This document shows, one piece after another, positions 1 to 10,427 of a stretch of DNA of 64,000 bases. The notes beneath the pieces were generated by a model that saw only the letters and a list, made by a program, of their open reading frames with translations, was not told the origin of the DNA and did not search any database. The position numbers and the translations under genes are program-made. The stretch covers positions 992,001-1,056,000 of the forward strand of contig OZ219865.1 of NCBI GenBank assembly GCA_964291675.2. The letters are read 5' to 3'. Position 1 is the stretch's first letter, and every line of letters begins with the position of its first letter. Origin of the DNA: Alphaproteobacteria bacterium (lineage in GTDB: Bacteria > Pseudomonadota > Alphaproteobacteria > MPNO01).

Positions 1-378
1 GGCTACACGGTGCTGGACGCGCCCGACCTGCTGAAGCGCTGCGAGGACGAGGGTATCGTCTTCACCATCGTGCCGACCAATTCCTACTACAGCCGGACGC
101 TGAAGGGGCGGGACTTCGCGAAGGTCCATCCGATCGCCGCGATGGCGCGCACGCGGCTGAAGATCATGCCGAACAGCGACGATCCGCCGTTGCACCACAC
201 CGATCCGGCCAACGCCCATGCCCAGATGGTGACGACCTTCGACCTGCCCTTCGCGATGCTGCGCGGCTTCGTGGCGAGCGGAATCGACGGCGCCTGGGTC
301 GACGAGTCGGTCAAACGGAGCTGGCGCGCCGAATGGCTGGCGGAGTACGACCGGCTGGCCACGGCGGTCGAGGCCTGA
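1..378 (+). CDS. Adenosine/adenine deaminase family protein, C-terminal part (5' end outside window)
   Basis: Open frame from base 1; 'TIVPTNS...HPI...MPNSDDP' resembles the deaminase C-terminal xNSDDP motif. Confidence 0.75.
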   Translation, partial: GYTVLDAPDLLKRCEDEGIVFTIVPTNSYYSRTLKGRDFAKVHPIAAMARTRLKIMPNSDDPPLHHTDPANAHAQMVTTFDLPFAMLRGFVASGIDGAWVDESVKRSWRAEWLAEYDRLATAVEA

Positions 379-384
379 GCCGGT

Positions 385-1410
385 TCAACCCGTTGCGGCG
401 TCCGCCAGGAACCGGTCCAGCCGCTCTATCATCGCGGCCTTTTCGGCTTGCGGCGCGAAGGAGCCGACGAAGGCGTTGCGCATCAGCGCGGCGATCTCCG
501 CCCGGGTATAGCCGCCATGCGCCCGCACCGCGCTCAGCAGGTCGGTCAGGTAGCCGCTGGCGAACAGGGCCGGGTCGTCGGTATTGACCGTGACCCGGAC
601 GCCGGCGTCGAACAGTTGGCGCAGGCGGCGGAGCCGGCGCGGGCCGGGATCGCCGGGCCGAAAGGTCGGGCACACCGTGAGGCAGATATCGCGCTCGATC
701 AGGGTCTCGACGACGCGCGGGTCCTCGACCGCGTTGACGCCGTGGTCGATGCGGTCGAGCCGCAGCAGATCCAGGCATTGCCGGATATGCTCTATGGAGT
801 TTTCCTGGTCGACGTCGCAATGGGCGGTCAGCCGGTAGCCCTCCCCTCGCGCCCGGTCGAACAGGGCGGCGAACTTGCGCGGCGGGTTGCCCCGCTCGGC
901 GGAATCCAGCCCGAAGCCGGCGATCCGGTCGCGCCACGGCCGCAGGATGTCGAACAGCGGCCAGGCCTCGTCCAGCGGACGGTCGCGGTTGACGCACAGG
1001 ATGAGATTGCTCGAAACGCCCCAATCGCGCCGCGCCTCTTCGACCGCCGCCAGGATCCCGCCCATGAAGGCCTCGGGCGCCACGCCGCGCGCCAGATGCG
1101 GCTGCGGATCGAAGGAGAGCTCGGCATAGATCGTGTTCTCGTCCCGGCAGCGCCGCAGGTAGGTGGCCGTGAGGTCGCAAAAATCCCGCTCCGTGCGCAG
1201 CACTGCCATGCCCTCGTAGTAGATGGCGAGGAATTCCTCGAGGCTGGCATAGTCGTAGCTCCGGGTGTCGGCGCGCGGATCGACGTCCGGCACGGGAAGC
1301 CCGTTGCGCCGGGCCAGCGCGACCCGCAATGCCGGGCCGAGCGTGCCCTCGATATGGAGATGCAGCTCCGCCTTCGGGATCGCGCGGATGAAGTCCTCCG
1401 GCCCGGCCAT
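385..1410 (-). CDS. add: Adenine/adenosine deaminase
   Basis: 341 aa; PKAELHLHIEGTL, TAHCD, RIDHG and VTVNTDDP metal-binding motifs. Confidence 0.9.
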   Translation of the reverse strand: MAGPEDFIRAIPKAELHLHIEGTLGPALRVALARRNGLPVPDVDPRADTRSYDYASLEEFLAIYYEGMAVLRTERDFCDLTATYLRRCRDENTIYAELSFDPQPHLARGVAPEAFMGGILAAVEEARRDWGVSSNLILCVNRDRPLDEAWPLFDILRPWRDRIAGFGLDSAERGNPPRKFAALFDRARGEGYRLTAHCDVDQENSIEHIRQCLDLLRLDRIDHGVNAVEDPRVVETLIERDICLTVCPTFRPGDPGPRRLRRLRQLFDAGVRVTVNTDDPALFASGYLTDLLSAVRAHGGYTRAEIAALMRNAFVGSFAPQAEKAAMIERLDRFLADAATG

Positions 1411-1411
1411 G

Positions 1412-2218
1412 CTACCGGTCCGCGAACACGTCGAGCCCGACCGTGCGCTCGACCAGCAGGAAGAAGGCCAGGGTGATGACGATCATCAGCGAGGAGACCG
1501 CCGCCGGGGTCGGATCGGGCAGGTATTCGATATGCGACATCAGCTCGACCGGCAGGGTGCGCGCCTCCCGCGCCGACAGGAAGGCGGAGATCGTCACGTC
1601 GTTGAAGGAGAAGGTGAAGGCGATGATGGCGCCGGCGACGATGCCGGGCACGATCAGCGGAAAGACGATCAGCCAGAAGGCGCTCCAGCGCGTCGCGCCC
1701 AGGCTCTGCGCCGCCTCTTCGAGGGAAATGTCGCTGCCGGCCATGCTCGACCAGACCGAGCGCAGGGTGAACGGCGTCGTCACCATGGTGTGGCCGATGA
1801 TCAGGTTCAGCAATCCGGCATCCTGGGTCTCGATCAGGACCGAGACGTTGAGCAGGGCGAAGCCGACCACCACGCCGGGAATGATCAGCGGGCTGAGCAC
1901 GGCATACTCGAACAGGCCGCGACCGTGGAACCGGTGCCGCGCCAGCACCCGGGCGGCGGCGATGCCGAGCGCCACGGCGATGGCAGTCGACACGACCGCG
2001 ATGACGACGCTGTTCCAGAAGGTCGACCAGACCCATTCGGAATCGAAGGCCGAGAGGTACCAGCGCACCGAATAGCCGGGCGGCGGAAAGGTCAGGTAGG
2101 TCGAGCTGGTGAAGGACGAGGCCAGCGTGACCACGATCGGCGCGACCAGGAAGACCAGCCAGAAGATCGCCATCGCCGTGACGAGGCCGCGGCCGGAGCG
2201 GAGGAACAAGTCACCCAT
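1412..2218 (-). CDS. ABC transporter permease (PotC-like)
   Basis: Multiple TM segments, EAA motif 'SLEEAAQSLGA'. Confidence 0.9.
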   Translation of the reverse strand: MGDLFLRSGRGLVTAMAIFWLVFLVAPIVVTLASSFTSSTYLTFPPPGYSVRWYLSAFDSEWVWSTFWNSVVIAVVSTAIAVALGIAAARVLARHRFHGRGLFEYAVLSPLIIPGVVVGFALLNVSVLIETQDAGLLNLIIGHTMVTTPFTLRSVWSSMAGSDISLEEAAQSLGATRWSAFWLIVFPLIVPGIVAGAIIAFTFSFNDVTISAFLSAREARTLPVELMSHIEYLPDPTPAAVSSLMIVITLAFFLLVERTVGLDVFADR

Positions 2219-3074
2219 AGCTGCGCATCCCCCGGCTCGAGACGAAGCGATGGATCGTGACGAACAGGATGCCGAGGATCAGCAGGACGATCCCGATCGA
2301 CGCCGCCAGCCGCCAGTCGAACAGGGTGAAGGCGTAGTCGTAGAGCAGCGTCGTCAGGATCGGGGTGCGGCCGCCGCCGAGCAGGAAGGGCGTGGCGAAG
2401 GCGGTCATGGCCAGGCTGAAGACCAGCAGCGTGCCGGTCAGCAGCCCGGGCAGGGTGAGCGGTATGACGATGCGCCAGAACACGCTCGCCGGCGAGGCGC
2501 CCAGGCTTTCGGCTGCATGCCGGAGGTTCGGATCGATGCGCTGGAGCACCGCGAGCAGCGACAGGATCATGTATGGCATCAGCAGATGGGTCTCGCCGAC
2601 GACGATGCCGATCTCGTTCTGGACCAGGGCGATCGGCCGCTCGATCAGGCCGAGCGCGATCAGCCCCTTGTTGGCGAGCCCCGAATCGCCGAGCAGGACC
2701 GTCCAGCCGAAGGCGCGGACCACGGCCGAGATCAGGAAGGGAAAGATCACGACCGCCAGCAGCAGGCCGCGCCAGCGCGGCGCGCAGCGCGCGATGAACA
2801 GCGCCACCGGGTAGCCCGCGAACAGGCAGATCAGGGTGACGATCAGGCTGACGCGAAGCGTGCGGTTCAGCGCCTGCTGGCCGATCTTGCTGTCGAACAG
2901 GCCGAGCACATTGGTGAAGTCGGGCCATTCGCCGGCTGCGGCCGTCGGTTCCAGCCCCTTGACCAGCAGCAGGGCGCAGGGCACCACGATGAACACGGCG
3001 AATGCCAGAAGAACCGGCGTCGCAAGGCTGGCCGGAAATCGGCCGCCGCTGCCCCAGCCACGGCTGGCGGTCAC
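2211..3074 (-). CDS. ABC transporter permease (PotB-like)
   Basis: TM segments, 'LRHAAESLGA' EAA loop; overlaps next gene. Confidence 0.9.
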   Translation of the reverse strand: MTASRGWGSGGRFPASLATPVLLAFAVFIVVPCALLLVKGLEPTAAAGEWPDFTNVLGLFDSKIGQQALNRTLRVSLIVTLICLFAGYPVALFIARCAPRWRGLLLAVVIFPFLISAVVRAFGWTVLLGDSGLANKGLIALGLIERPIALVQNEIGIVVGETHLLMPYMILSLLAVLQRIDPNLRHAAESLGASPASVFWRIVIPLTLPGLLTGTLLVFSLAMTAFATPFLLGGGRTPILTTLLYDYAFTLFDWRLAASIGIVLLILGILFVTIHRFVSSRGMRSYG

Positions 3075-3084
3075 GGGAGCGCGG

Positions 3085-4197
3085 TCACGCCCGGGCCCCG
3101 GAACCGCCCGCCGGCGCGTCGGGCCGCAGCAGCTTGATGGCGCCAGGCGGCAGATGCAGGCGGACGCTGCCGCCGACCGGGAATTCCTGCTGTGCCGTCG
3201 CGATCAGCGGCTCGGGCAGGGCGGGGCAATCGACCTGGTAGACGATGGCCGAGCCGATATAGGTGAATTCGCGCACCGTTCCGTCCAGCGCGTTCGGACC
3301 GTCGGTCGTCTCGCCCTTGTCGCCGCCGCGCCGCAGGGCGACCTCCTCGGAACGGATTCCGAGCACGACGGCGCCGTCCGGCGGCCGGGTCGCCGCGACA
3401 TGCAGCACCGCCGCGCTATCGTCAATCGAGACGGCAACCGTGCCGTCGTTCGGGGCGGCATCGCCGACGGTGCCCGGAAACAGGTTCTCGACGCCCAGGA
3501 AGTCGGCGACATAGGCCGATGCGGGCTGTTCCCAGATCGCTTTCGGCGGTGCCGCGCCGGCGACCGTGCCGAGGTTCATCACGACGATCTGGTCCGAGAG
3601 GGTGAGCGCCTCCTCCTGATCGTGGGTCACGAAGATCGAGGTGACGCCGGTCTCGCGCTGGATGCGCTTCAGCTCGAAGCGCATCTCGGCGCGCAGCTTG
3701 GCGTCGAGGTTGGACAGCGGCTCGTCGAGCAGCAGCACGTCCGGCCGGATCACCAGCGCGCGGGCCAGCGCGACGCGCTGCTGCTGGCCGCCGGAGAGCT
3801 GGCGCGGGTAGCGCTGGGCGAGGTCCGGCAGGCCGACCAGGTCGATCGCCTCCGCGACCCGCTCGGCGGTCTCGCTGCGCGGCACCTTGCGCCGCCTGAG
3901 GCCGAAGGCGACGTTGTCGAACACCGTCATGAACGGGAACAGGGCGTAGTTCTGGAAGACGACGCCGAGATTGCGCCGCCACGGCGGCAGCGCATCGACC
4001 GACCGGCCGCCGATGCGCACCTCCCCCTCGTCGAGCGCGGCGAAGCCGGCGATCAGGCGGAGCGTCGTCGTCTTGCCGCAGCCGCTGGGGCCGAGCAGGC
4101 TGGTGAAGCTGCCGACCGGGGCGGTGAAGCTGACGCCCCTCACCGCCCAGAGATCGTCATACCGTTTCGATACGCCGGAAACCTCGACGTCGGACAT
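3085..4197 (-). CDS. ABC transporter ATP-binding protein (PotA-like, TOBE domain)
   Basis: GPSGCGKTT Walker A, LSGGQQQR, LLLDEP; start taken at ATG 4197 (MSDVEV) inside the longer ORF. Confidence 0.9.
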   Translation of the reverse strand: MSDVEVSGVSKRYDDLWAVRGVSFTAPVGSFTSLLGPSGCGKTTTLRLIAGFAALDEGEVRIGGRSVDALPPWRRNLGVVFQNYALFPFMTVFDNVAFGLRRRKVPRSETAERVAEAIDLVGLPDLAQRYPRQLSGGQQQRVALARALVIRPDVLLLDEPLSNLDAKLRAEMRFELKRIQRETGVTSIFVTHDQEEALTLSDQIVVMNLGTVAGAAPPKAIWEQPASAYVADFLGVENLFPGTVGDAAPNDGTVAVSIDDSAAVLHVAATRPPDGAVVLGIRSEEVALRRGGDKGETTDGPNALDGTVREFTYIGSAIVYQVDCPALPEPLIATAQQEFPVGGSVRLHLPPGAIKLLRPDAPAGGSGARA

Positions 4198-4250
4198 CGG
4201 CCGATCCCGGAACGGGGCCCGGCGCGGGACGTTACGGCCCTGGGCGATCC

Positions 4251-5303
4251 CTATTTGGCGACGATCTCTTCCTGGAACCGCTTGAGCCAGCCGCCGAGCT
4301 TCGCCGCAATCTTGGTCGCATCGTAGTGATGCATCCGCGAGATCTGGTCCGGCGTCACCATGTTGTAGACGGTCCCCGCCGGGATCGGCACCGTCTTGTT
4401 GACCGGCGAATCGCCGGCTTCCCTGGCGATCCGCGCCTGGTGTTCCGCCGACAGGTAGAAGTTCAGGAACTGCTCGGCCACCGCCTTGTTCTCGCTCGCC
4501 TTCAGGACGCAAGCCAGGTTGACGACGCCCACGCCGCCATCCTTCGGCCAGGCGAAGCTCAGCGGCACCTTGGGGTCCTTCCTCACGAAGATGTTGAGCA
4601 TCGGCGCGATCGAGGCATCGCCCTGGTTGATCGCCTTCAGGATCTCGAAGATGCGGAATAGCTGCACCCTGTCCTTGATCGTCGCCAGCTTCGCCATGCC
4701 CTTGCCGATATCGTCGATACCGCCGCCGTGCAGCTCGGCGATGCGGGTCATCACCAGCGGCGAATAGGACTGGCTGAGGACGGGATAGCCGGGGCGGCCC
4801 TTCAGGTCCGTGCGGAACAAATCGTTCCACGAGGCCGGCGGCGATTCGAAATGGTCCTTGTTGTAGGCGAGGCCGGCGCCGAGCACCGTGATCGCCGGGC
4901 ACATGCCGCCGCCCAGCGGATCCTTGGCAAATTCGTAAAGCTGCGAGACGTTGGGCACGTTGGCCGGGTCGATCGCCGTCAGGATGCCCTCGTCCCGCAG
5001 GATCGCCATCTGGTGCACGGTCAGGAAGACCACGTCGGTGCCCTTGCCCTTCGTGGCCTTCATCTTGGACAGGCGCACCGCCGACCGGCCGCCGTCGACC
5101 ACCACCTTGTGGCCGGTCGCCTTCTCGAACGGTTCGGCGGCGTGCTTCTTCCATTTGGCGCCGTAGCCGCCGCCCCAGACGGAGACGGTGATGGTGGCCG
5201 CTTGCGCCGCACCGGCGCCGACAAGCAGGACCGCCGCGGACAGCGCGAGGTATCGCATCCCGCTCCGGACCCGCCGGCCGCCTGTTCGGACGTTCCTGAT
5301 CAT
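4251..5303 (-). CDS. ABC transporter substrate-binding protein (PotD-like)
   Basis: Signal peptide 'LALSAAVLLVGAGAAQAA', 'VSVWGGGY'; GGAGG RBS before ATG 5303. Confidence 0.85.
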   Translation of the reverse strand: MIRNVRTGGRRVRSGMRYLALSAAVLLVGAGAAQAATITVSVWGGGYGAKWKKHAAEPFEKATGHKVVVDGGRSAVRLSKMKATKGKGTDVVFLTVHQMAILRDEGILTAIDPANVPNVSQLYEFAKDPLGGGMCPAITVLGAGLAYNKDHFESPPASWNDLFRTDLKGRPGYPVLSQSYSPLVMTRIAELHGGGIDDIGKGMAKLATIKDRVQLFRIFEILKAINQGDASIAPMLNIFVRKDPKVPLSFAWPKDGGVGVVNLACVLKASENKAVAEQFLNFYLSAEHQARIAREAGDSPVNKTVPIPAGTVYNMVTPDQISRMHHYDATKIAAKLGGWLKRFQEEIVAK

Positions 5304-5455
5304 GGCCTCCCCCTCATCTCTTGCATTGACCCGAAGCCGATGCCCCGCGGCCGTCATTTGATCGCATGCAGGCCCAAATTGCCAGCCATGTCTCACCCCG
5401 CGTGCGCAGGCCGCTGCGCAAAATCCGGTGTCGCGCAGCGTCCGGATCTCGGCTT

Positions 5456-6991
5456 TCACCGCCGCACGGACCCCGCATAGGAATCCTGGACGTCGCCGGG
5501 CTCGCGGAAATAGAGCCGCGATGCGTCGCGCACCGGCCGGTAGTCCCAGGGCGTGCGCAGGCCGGCGCCGAGCGCCCGGCCGACAAGGCGCCGCGCCGCC
5601 TGGCTGTCGCGCACCGCCCGGTCCAGGGCGTCGACATCCCAGGTCTCGGCGAGGACGGCTTCGAGCTCCGCGCGCCTGCCGGCGCTGGCGGGATCGCGCG
5701 CGAGGTCGCGGCGTTCGTCCGGGTCGGCGCCGAGGTCGAACAGCATCGGCGGGTCGCCACGGCCCGCGATCAGCTTGTACGGGCCCTTTCGCACCATGAG
5801 CTGGGGCGCACGCGCGCCCTCGGCCGTGTACTCGGCGCAGACCAGGTCCGGCCAGTCCGGCGCGCCGGAAGCGGACGCCAGCGGCGCAAGCGAGCTTCCG
5901 TCGACCGGCGCCGCCAGCTCCGGCAGGGCGCCGTCGCCGGCCGCTTCGAGCAGGGTGGGAAAGAGATCGAGCAGCGAGACATTGGCCGCCACCCGGCCGG
6001 GCGCGAAGGCGAAGGGTGCGTGGACGATCAGGGGAACCCGGACCGACCATTCGAAGAACGACATCTTGAAGAACATGCCGCGCTCGCCGAGCAGGTCGCC
6101 GTGATCGGACGTGAAGACGATCATCGTGTCCTGGGCCGCGCCGATTTCGTCGAGGGTTTCCAGCAGCTTGCCAACCTTGGCATCGACATAGCCGGTGACC
6201 GCGCAATAGGCGCGGCGCATGCGCAGCACGTCGGCTTCGCCGATCGCGTCGCGGTGCCGCCCGGTGAGGAACCAGTGCCGCCGGCTGTGCGGGTCCCGAT
6301 TCTCCAGCGGAATGTCCGCCACCGCCGGGGGCTCCATCTCGACCCCGCGGTACCGCTCCCACCACGGGGGAGGCGCGAGATAGGGGTCGTGCGGGGAGAT
6401 GAACGACACGGTAAGCGCGAACGGCCGGTCGTCCCCGTCGTCGGCCCGCTCGTGCAGCCAGCGGACGGCCTCGAACGCGACCTCGTCGTCGAAGGCGACG
6501 TTGACGCTGCGCCGGTGCGGCCCGGAATCGAGCACCGCCCGCATGCTGTGGTACCACTCGAGCCAGCTCCCGTCGTCCAGGCGCCAGTCCGGCGACCACA
6601 GGAAGGTCGACGGGTAGATGTCGGTGGTGACGCGCTCCTCGTAGCCGTGCAGCTGGTCGGGCCCGACGAAGTGCATCTTGCCGGCGAGACAGGTGCGGTA
6701 GCCCGCGACGCGCAGATAGTGGTTGAAGGTGGGCACCGAGGCGGGGAGCTCGGCCGCGTTGTCGAACGCGCCGATGCGGGACGGCAGCCGCCCGCTCAAC
6801 ATCGAGAACCGCGACGGCGCGCAGAGCGGGAAGTTGCAATAGGCGTTCTCGAACACGACGCCCTGCTCGGCGAGGCGGTCGATATGCGGCGTCAGCGTCC
6901 GCGAGCGGCCATAGGCGCGCAGCATCTGCGGGGCGAGCTGGTCGGCCATGATCAGGAGGAGGTTGGGACGCTTTGCCGCCGGTCTTGACAT
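5456..6991 (-). CDS. betC: Choline-sulfatase-like sulfatase
   Basis: PNLLLIMADQ, CAPSR formylglycine motif, GKMHFVGPDQLHG, TTDIYP, PHDPY. Confidence 0.85.
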   Translation of the reverse strand: MSRPAAKRPNLLLIMADQLAPQMLRAYGRSRTLTPHIDRLAEQGVVFENAYCNFPLCAPSRFSMLSGRLPSRIGAFDNAAELPASVPTFNHYLRVAGYRTCLAGKMHFVGPDQLHGYEERVTTDIYPSTFLWSPDWRLDDGSWLEWYHSMRAVLDSGPHRRSVNVAFDDEVAFEAVRWLHERADDGDDRPFALTVSFISPHDPYLAPPPWWERYRGVEMEPPAVADIPLENRDPHSRRHWFLTGRHRDAIGEADVLRMRRAYCAVTGYVDAKVGKLLETLDEIGAAQDTMIVFTSDHGDLLGERGMFFKMSFFEWSVRVPLIVHAPFAFAPGRVAANVSLLDLFPTLLEAAGDGALPELAAPVDGSSLAPLASASGAPDWPDLVCAEYTAEGARAPQLMVRKGPYKLIAGRGDPPMLFDLGADPDERRDLARDPASAGRRAELEAVLAETWDVDALDRAVRDSQAARRLVGRALGAGLRTPWDYRPVRDASRLYFREPGDVQDSYAGSVRR

Positions 6992-7135
6992 CGAGCCGTC
7001 CTCGATACGGGCGCATGGCCGAGTGTTTCATGCGCCATCCCGCCGCGCCAGCGCTCGTGGCAAGGACGACAGCGGGCCAACGGCAGGGTGCGTGCGTTCC
7101 GGCAGCGAGCCGAAATCCCGGCCGCGGGCCGCTCC

Positions 7136-8269
7136 TCAGCGGACGGCCACCTCGCGCCTGACATGCGGCAGCACCTCCTCGGCGATGCGGCGCATCATGC
7201 CGAGCTGGTCGGGCGAGGCGATGACGAGCTGGAACACGGTGACGCCCAGGTCGATATAGCGGTTGATTTTCTCGGCCATCTCGCGGCCCGGCCCGGCGAG
7301 CGCCCAGCGGTCCACCAGATCGGACGAGGCCTTGTCCTTGCCGGGCGGCGGGCCGTGGAAGTCGGTGAGCTGGTTCTGCACCCCCTGCCACGCCTTGCCG
7401 GGGTCGTCGTCGCAATTGGCGAACCAGTTCATGCCCTTCACCGTCGGCCCGCCATAGACCGCGCCGGCGCCGGGCGCCTTGCCGGCATCCGCCGCGATGC
7501 GCTCGATATCGGCCCAGATGTCGCGGTACTCGTCGGGCAGCGGGTGGACGGCGAGCCAGCCGTCGCCCTGCTCGGCGACCACCCGGCGGATCTTCGGGCC
7601 CATCATCAGCGTGCCCGCCACCTTCTCGTTCCAGGTGTAGTGGTGGGCGCCGACGCCGTCGATCGGGACATAGATGCCGCCGCCGACGAGGACGGGCGGC
7701 TTCTCGGCCGGCCGCGCGATGCCCAGCGTCATCTCGCCGAAGGCGAAGAACTCGCCGTCATAGGCGAACTTGTCCTCGGTCCACAGCCGGTTCATCACGT
7801 CGAGGCATTCGGCGAACAGCGCCGTGCGGCGGGCGAAGAACTGCCCGGGCCGGAGCGCCTCCTTGTTGGGCCCGCGCACCGCGACCAGGGCGTCGAACTG
7901 GCGCTTGAAGATGGTCGACTTGCCCGCCCCGGTGCCGGCGCCGAGGACGGCGCGGCCCTCCGAGACCTCCCACAGCGTCGCCCATTGCTGGGCGACATGG
8001 ACCGGGTTGCGGATCTGCGGGATCAGGATGCCGGTGCAGAGCTTTATGCGGTCGGTCCGGGCGGCGGCGGCGGTCAGCGCGCCGATCGGGCAATAGGCCG
8101 CCGTGGTGCGCCGCCCGCCGAGCGCATCGTGCACCCAGACGGCATCGAACCCCATCGCCTCGGCCTCGCTGGCGGCGTGCAGCAATTGCCCGAGGTCGTA
8201 GGACCGGCCGGTGATCCCCATGGTGTTGTTGATCGACGTGCCGACGACGATCTCGCTGCCAAGCGCCAT
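7136..8269 (-). CDS. LLM-class flavin-dependent oxidoreductase
   Basis: 'AEAMGFDAVWVHD', 'AAAARTDRIKLCTGIL', luciferase-like signature. Confidence 0.85.
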   Translation of the reverse strand: MALGSEIVVGTSINNTMGITGRSYDLGQLLHAASEAEAMGFDAVWVHDALGGRRTTAAYCPIGALTAAAARTDRIKLCTGILIPQIRNPVHVAQQWATLWEVSEGRAVLGAGTGAGKSTIFKRQFDALVAVRGPNKEALRPGQFFARRTALFAECLDVMNRLWTEDKFAYDGEFFAFGEMTLGIARPAEKPPVLVGGGIYVPIDGVGAHHYTWNEKVAGTLMMGPKIRRVVAEQGDGWLAVHPLPDEYRDIWADIERIAADAGKAPGAGAVYGGPTVKGMNWFANCDDDPGKAWQGVQNQLTDFHGPPPGKDKASSDLVDRWALAGPGREMAEKINRYIDLGVTVFQLVIASPDQLGMMRRIAEEVLPHVRREVAVR

Positions 8270-8396
8270 GCCGTGCCTCCGCTTGCTTCCGCGGATGCGA
8301 CCATAGACGCCCGCCCCGCGCGATCAAGCCGGGCGCGCTTTTCAACCCATGGCCTATTCCCGATAATCGCGCCTTCACGGCAACCGGCGAGGCAGC

Positions 8397-9041
8397 ATGT
8401 TCTACGAACCGCGCGACAACGACCACGGGCTTCCGTTCAACCCGCTGAAATCCTGCGTGGTGCCGCGGCCGATCGGCTGGATCTCGACGGTGGATTCCGC
8501 CGGCGCGGTCAATCTCGCGCCGTTCAGCTTCTTCAACATGCTGAGCTACAACCCGCCCTACGTCCTGTTCTCGTCGGGCATGCACGCCGATTCGGCGCAC
8601 AAGGACACGGTGCGGAACGTCGAGCAGACCGGCGAGTTCGTCTACAACATGGCGACCTGGGCGCAGCGCGAGCAGATGAACCAATCGGCCCTGATCGTCG
8701 AGCGCGGGGTCGACGAGCTCGCCGCCGCCGGGCTGGAGCCGCTGCCCTCGCTCCTGGTGCGCCCGCCCCGGGTGAAGGGCGCGCCGGTTCATTTCGAGTG
8801 CCGCCATTACCGCACGCTCGACCTCCCCGGACGGACTCCGCGGGCGGCGCACAAGGTGGTGCTCGGCGAGGTGGTCGGCGTCCACATCGACGATGCCGCG
8901 CTGACCGCCGACGGGCTGGTCGACGTGGCCCGCATCCGCCCCATCGCCCGCCTCGGCTACATGGACTATGTCAGCGTGGAAGAGATCTTCTCGATGGATA
9001 AGGAGATGCCCGAAGAGAGGATCGGCCAGGCCGCCGAGTAG
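8397..9041 (+). CDS. Flavin reductase family protein
   Basis: 'VVPRPIGWIST...NLAPFSFFN...KDTVRNV...RLG' motifs. Confidence 0.9.
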   Translation: MFYEPRDNDHGLPFNPLKSCVVPRPIGWISTVDSAGAVNLAPFSFFNMLSYNPPYVLFSSGMHADSAHKDTVRNVEQTGEFVYNMATWAQREQMNQSALIVERGVDELAAAGLEPLPSLLVRPPRVKGAPVHFECRHYRTLDLPGRTPRAAHKVVLGEVVGVHIDDAALTADGLVDVARIRPIARLGYMDYVSVEEIFSMDKEMPEERIGQAAE

Positions 9042-9086
9042 GGGGGCAACGCCGTATCGAGAGACGCCCCGTCCGGTCCCCCTCCC

Positions 9087-9199
9087 CGTCATGGCCGGAC
9101 TTGTTCCGGCCATCCATGCGGCCCGGCGAGCGCAGCACGACCGGCCGATGGAGACGCCCGGAACACCCCTGGGACTCGTTCCCGGGGGCCGGGCATGAG
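9087..9199. repeat. Inverted doublet of REP-like palindromic repeat
   Basis: CGTCATGGCCGGACTTGTTCCGGCCATCCA at 9087 and a reverse-oriented variant ending GCCGGGCATGA at ~9198; related copies at 47416, 54141 and 56153. Confidence 0.8.
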
Positions 9200-9440
9200 G
9201 ATAGGACGGGCGTCGGCGGGGTCCCGGCGACGGACGATCGCCGACGACGAAGGGCTTCGCGGCGATACCGGCCCATCGCTCCTTCGCTCTGGCAGTGCCC
9301 TAGTGGACGGCCGAAACGCTTTTGGCGCGAACGCGGCGAGAGGGCAACGCGACCGCGCCCGATCTTGTATTCCGACAGCGACGGAGCTTACCTTAATCGG
9401 CAACGAAGCGATTCCTGGAATTCCCCGCGAGGGCGTACGA

Positions 9441-10427
9441 GTGACACCAACGGCGCTTTGGCGAAACATCGAGTCCCGCCTTGACACATCCCTCAAGGAC
9501 TGGCGCAGCCGGGTCGACAGCTTCCACCAGGTCGCCGCGGTCGAAGCGAGAGCGGCCGGCCGGGCGTGGAGCGACGACGACACGTTCCGGGGGCTGCTGC
9601 TCGCCGTGTTGTCGAACAACGCGGACTGGTCGAAGATCGAACGCGTTCAACCGGACCTCGCGAAGCTGTTCTCCGATTTCAGCCTGAACTCCTACGCCAA
9701 ACTGCCGGCCTGCGAGATCCGAGACCGTATCTTGCCCTGGTTTCTCGAACGCAAGGCGGGTTCCGTCTCCCTTGAGAGAGATCTCGTAAATCTCATCGAC
9801 TCCGCACGCCTGCTGACCGAACACAGCCGAGTCCACGGCACGGCGGAAGGCTACTTCACGTCCCTCGTGCGAAAATTTGACGGCGATCCCAAGAAAGCGG
9901 CTCTGCTGCTCGGGTCCCGCGGCGAGTACAAGCTTCCCGCCTTCGGGGTGGCTCTGGCGGCCGAAGCGCTGAAGAACCTGGGCTTCGACGTGGCCAAGCC
10001 CGACCGTCATGTAGCGCGGGCAGTGGCTTCCTTCGGTCTGGTCCATTTCGGGAAATGGCCCGGCAGAGACGGTCGAACCGCGCCCCCACTGTCGTCCAAG
10101 AAGTCGTATCTGGCTGTAATGGGAGCAGTGCAGGACATCGCAAGCGCCGCCGGCATGCCGGTCGTCATGGTCGACAACGCCATCTGGCTGTTGTGCGCGA
10201 AGAGCGGCCTCTACCTGACCAACCCGAAACTCGCCGAGCTGGCCCGGGAGAGCGGGGCCCCGGAGGGACGGGCAGAGGCGGTCGCCGCGCTGATCGAGTC
10301 CTGGGCGGCCATTCAGGACGGCGGTGAACAGCGAGAAACAGTCGACTGTCTCATCGAAGGCCTGGACAGCGAACGGCTATCGGTGCGGAAGCTCTTTCCC
10401 GGGGAGTTGAAGGGCCGGAGTTGGTGA
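9441..10427 (+). CDS. HhH-GPD-like (DNA glycosylase superfamily) protein with C-terminal antitoxin-like segment
   Basis: 'KLPAFGVALAAEALKNLGFDVAKPDRHVAR' HhH-like motif; tail 'EQRETVDCLIEGLDSERLSVRKLFP'; start uncertain (GTG 9441; frame open from 9195). Confidence 0.6.
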   Translation: MTPTALWRNIESRLDTSLKDWRSRVDSFHQVAAVEARAAGRAWSDDDTFRGLLLAVLSNNADWSKIERVQPDLAKLFSDFSLNSYAKLPACEIRDRILPWFLERKAGSVSLERDLVNLIDSARLLTEHSRVHGTAEGYFTSLVRKFDGDPKKAALLLGSRGEYKLPAFGVALAAEALKNLGFDVAKPDRHVARAVASFGLVHFGKWPGRDGRTAPPLSSKKSYLAVMGAVQDIASAAGMPVVMVDNAIWLLCAKSGLYLTNPKLAELARESGAPEGRAEAVAALIESWAAIQDGGEQRETVDCLIEGLDSERLSVRKLFPGELKGRSW

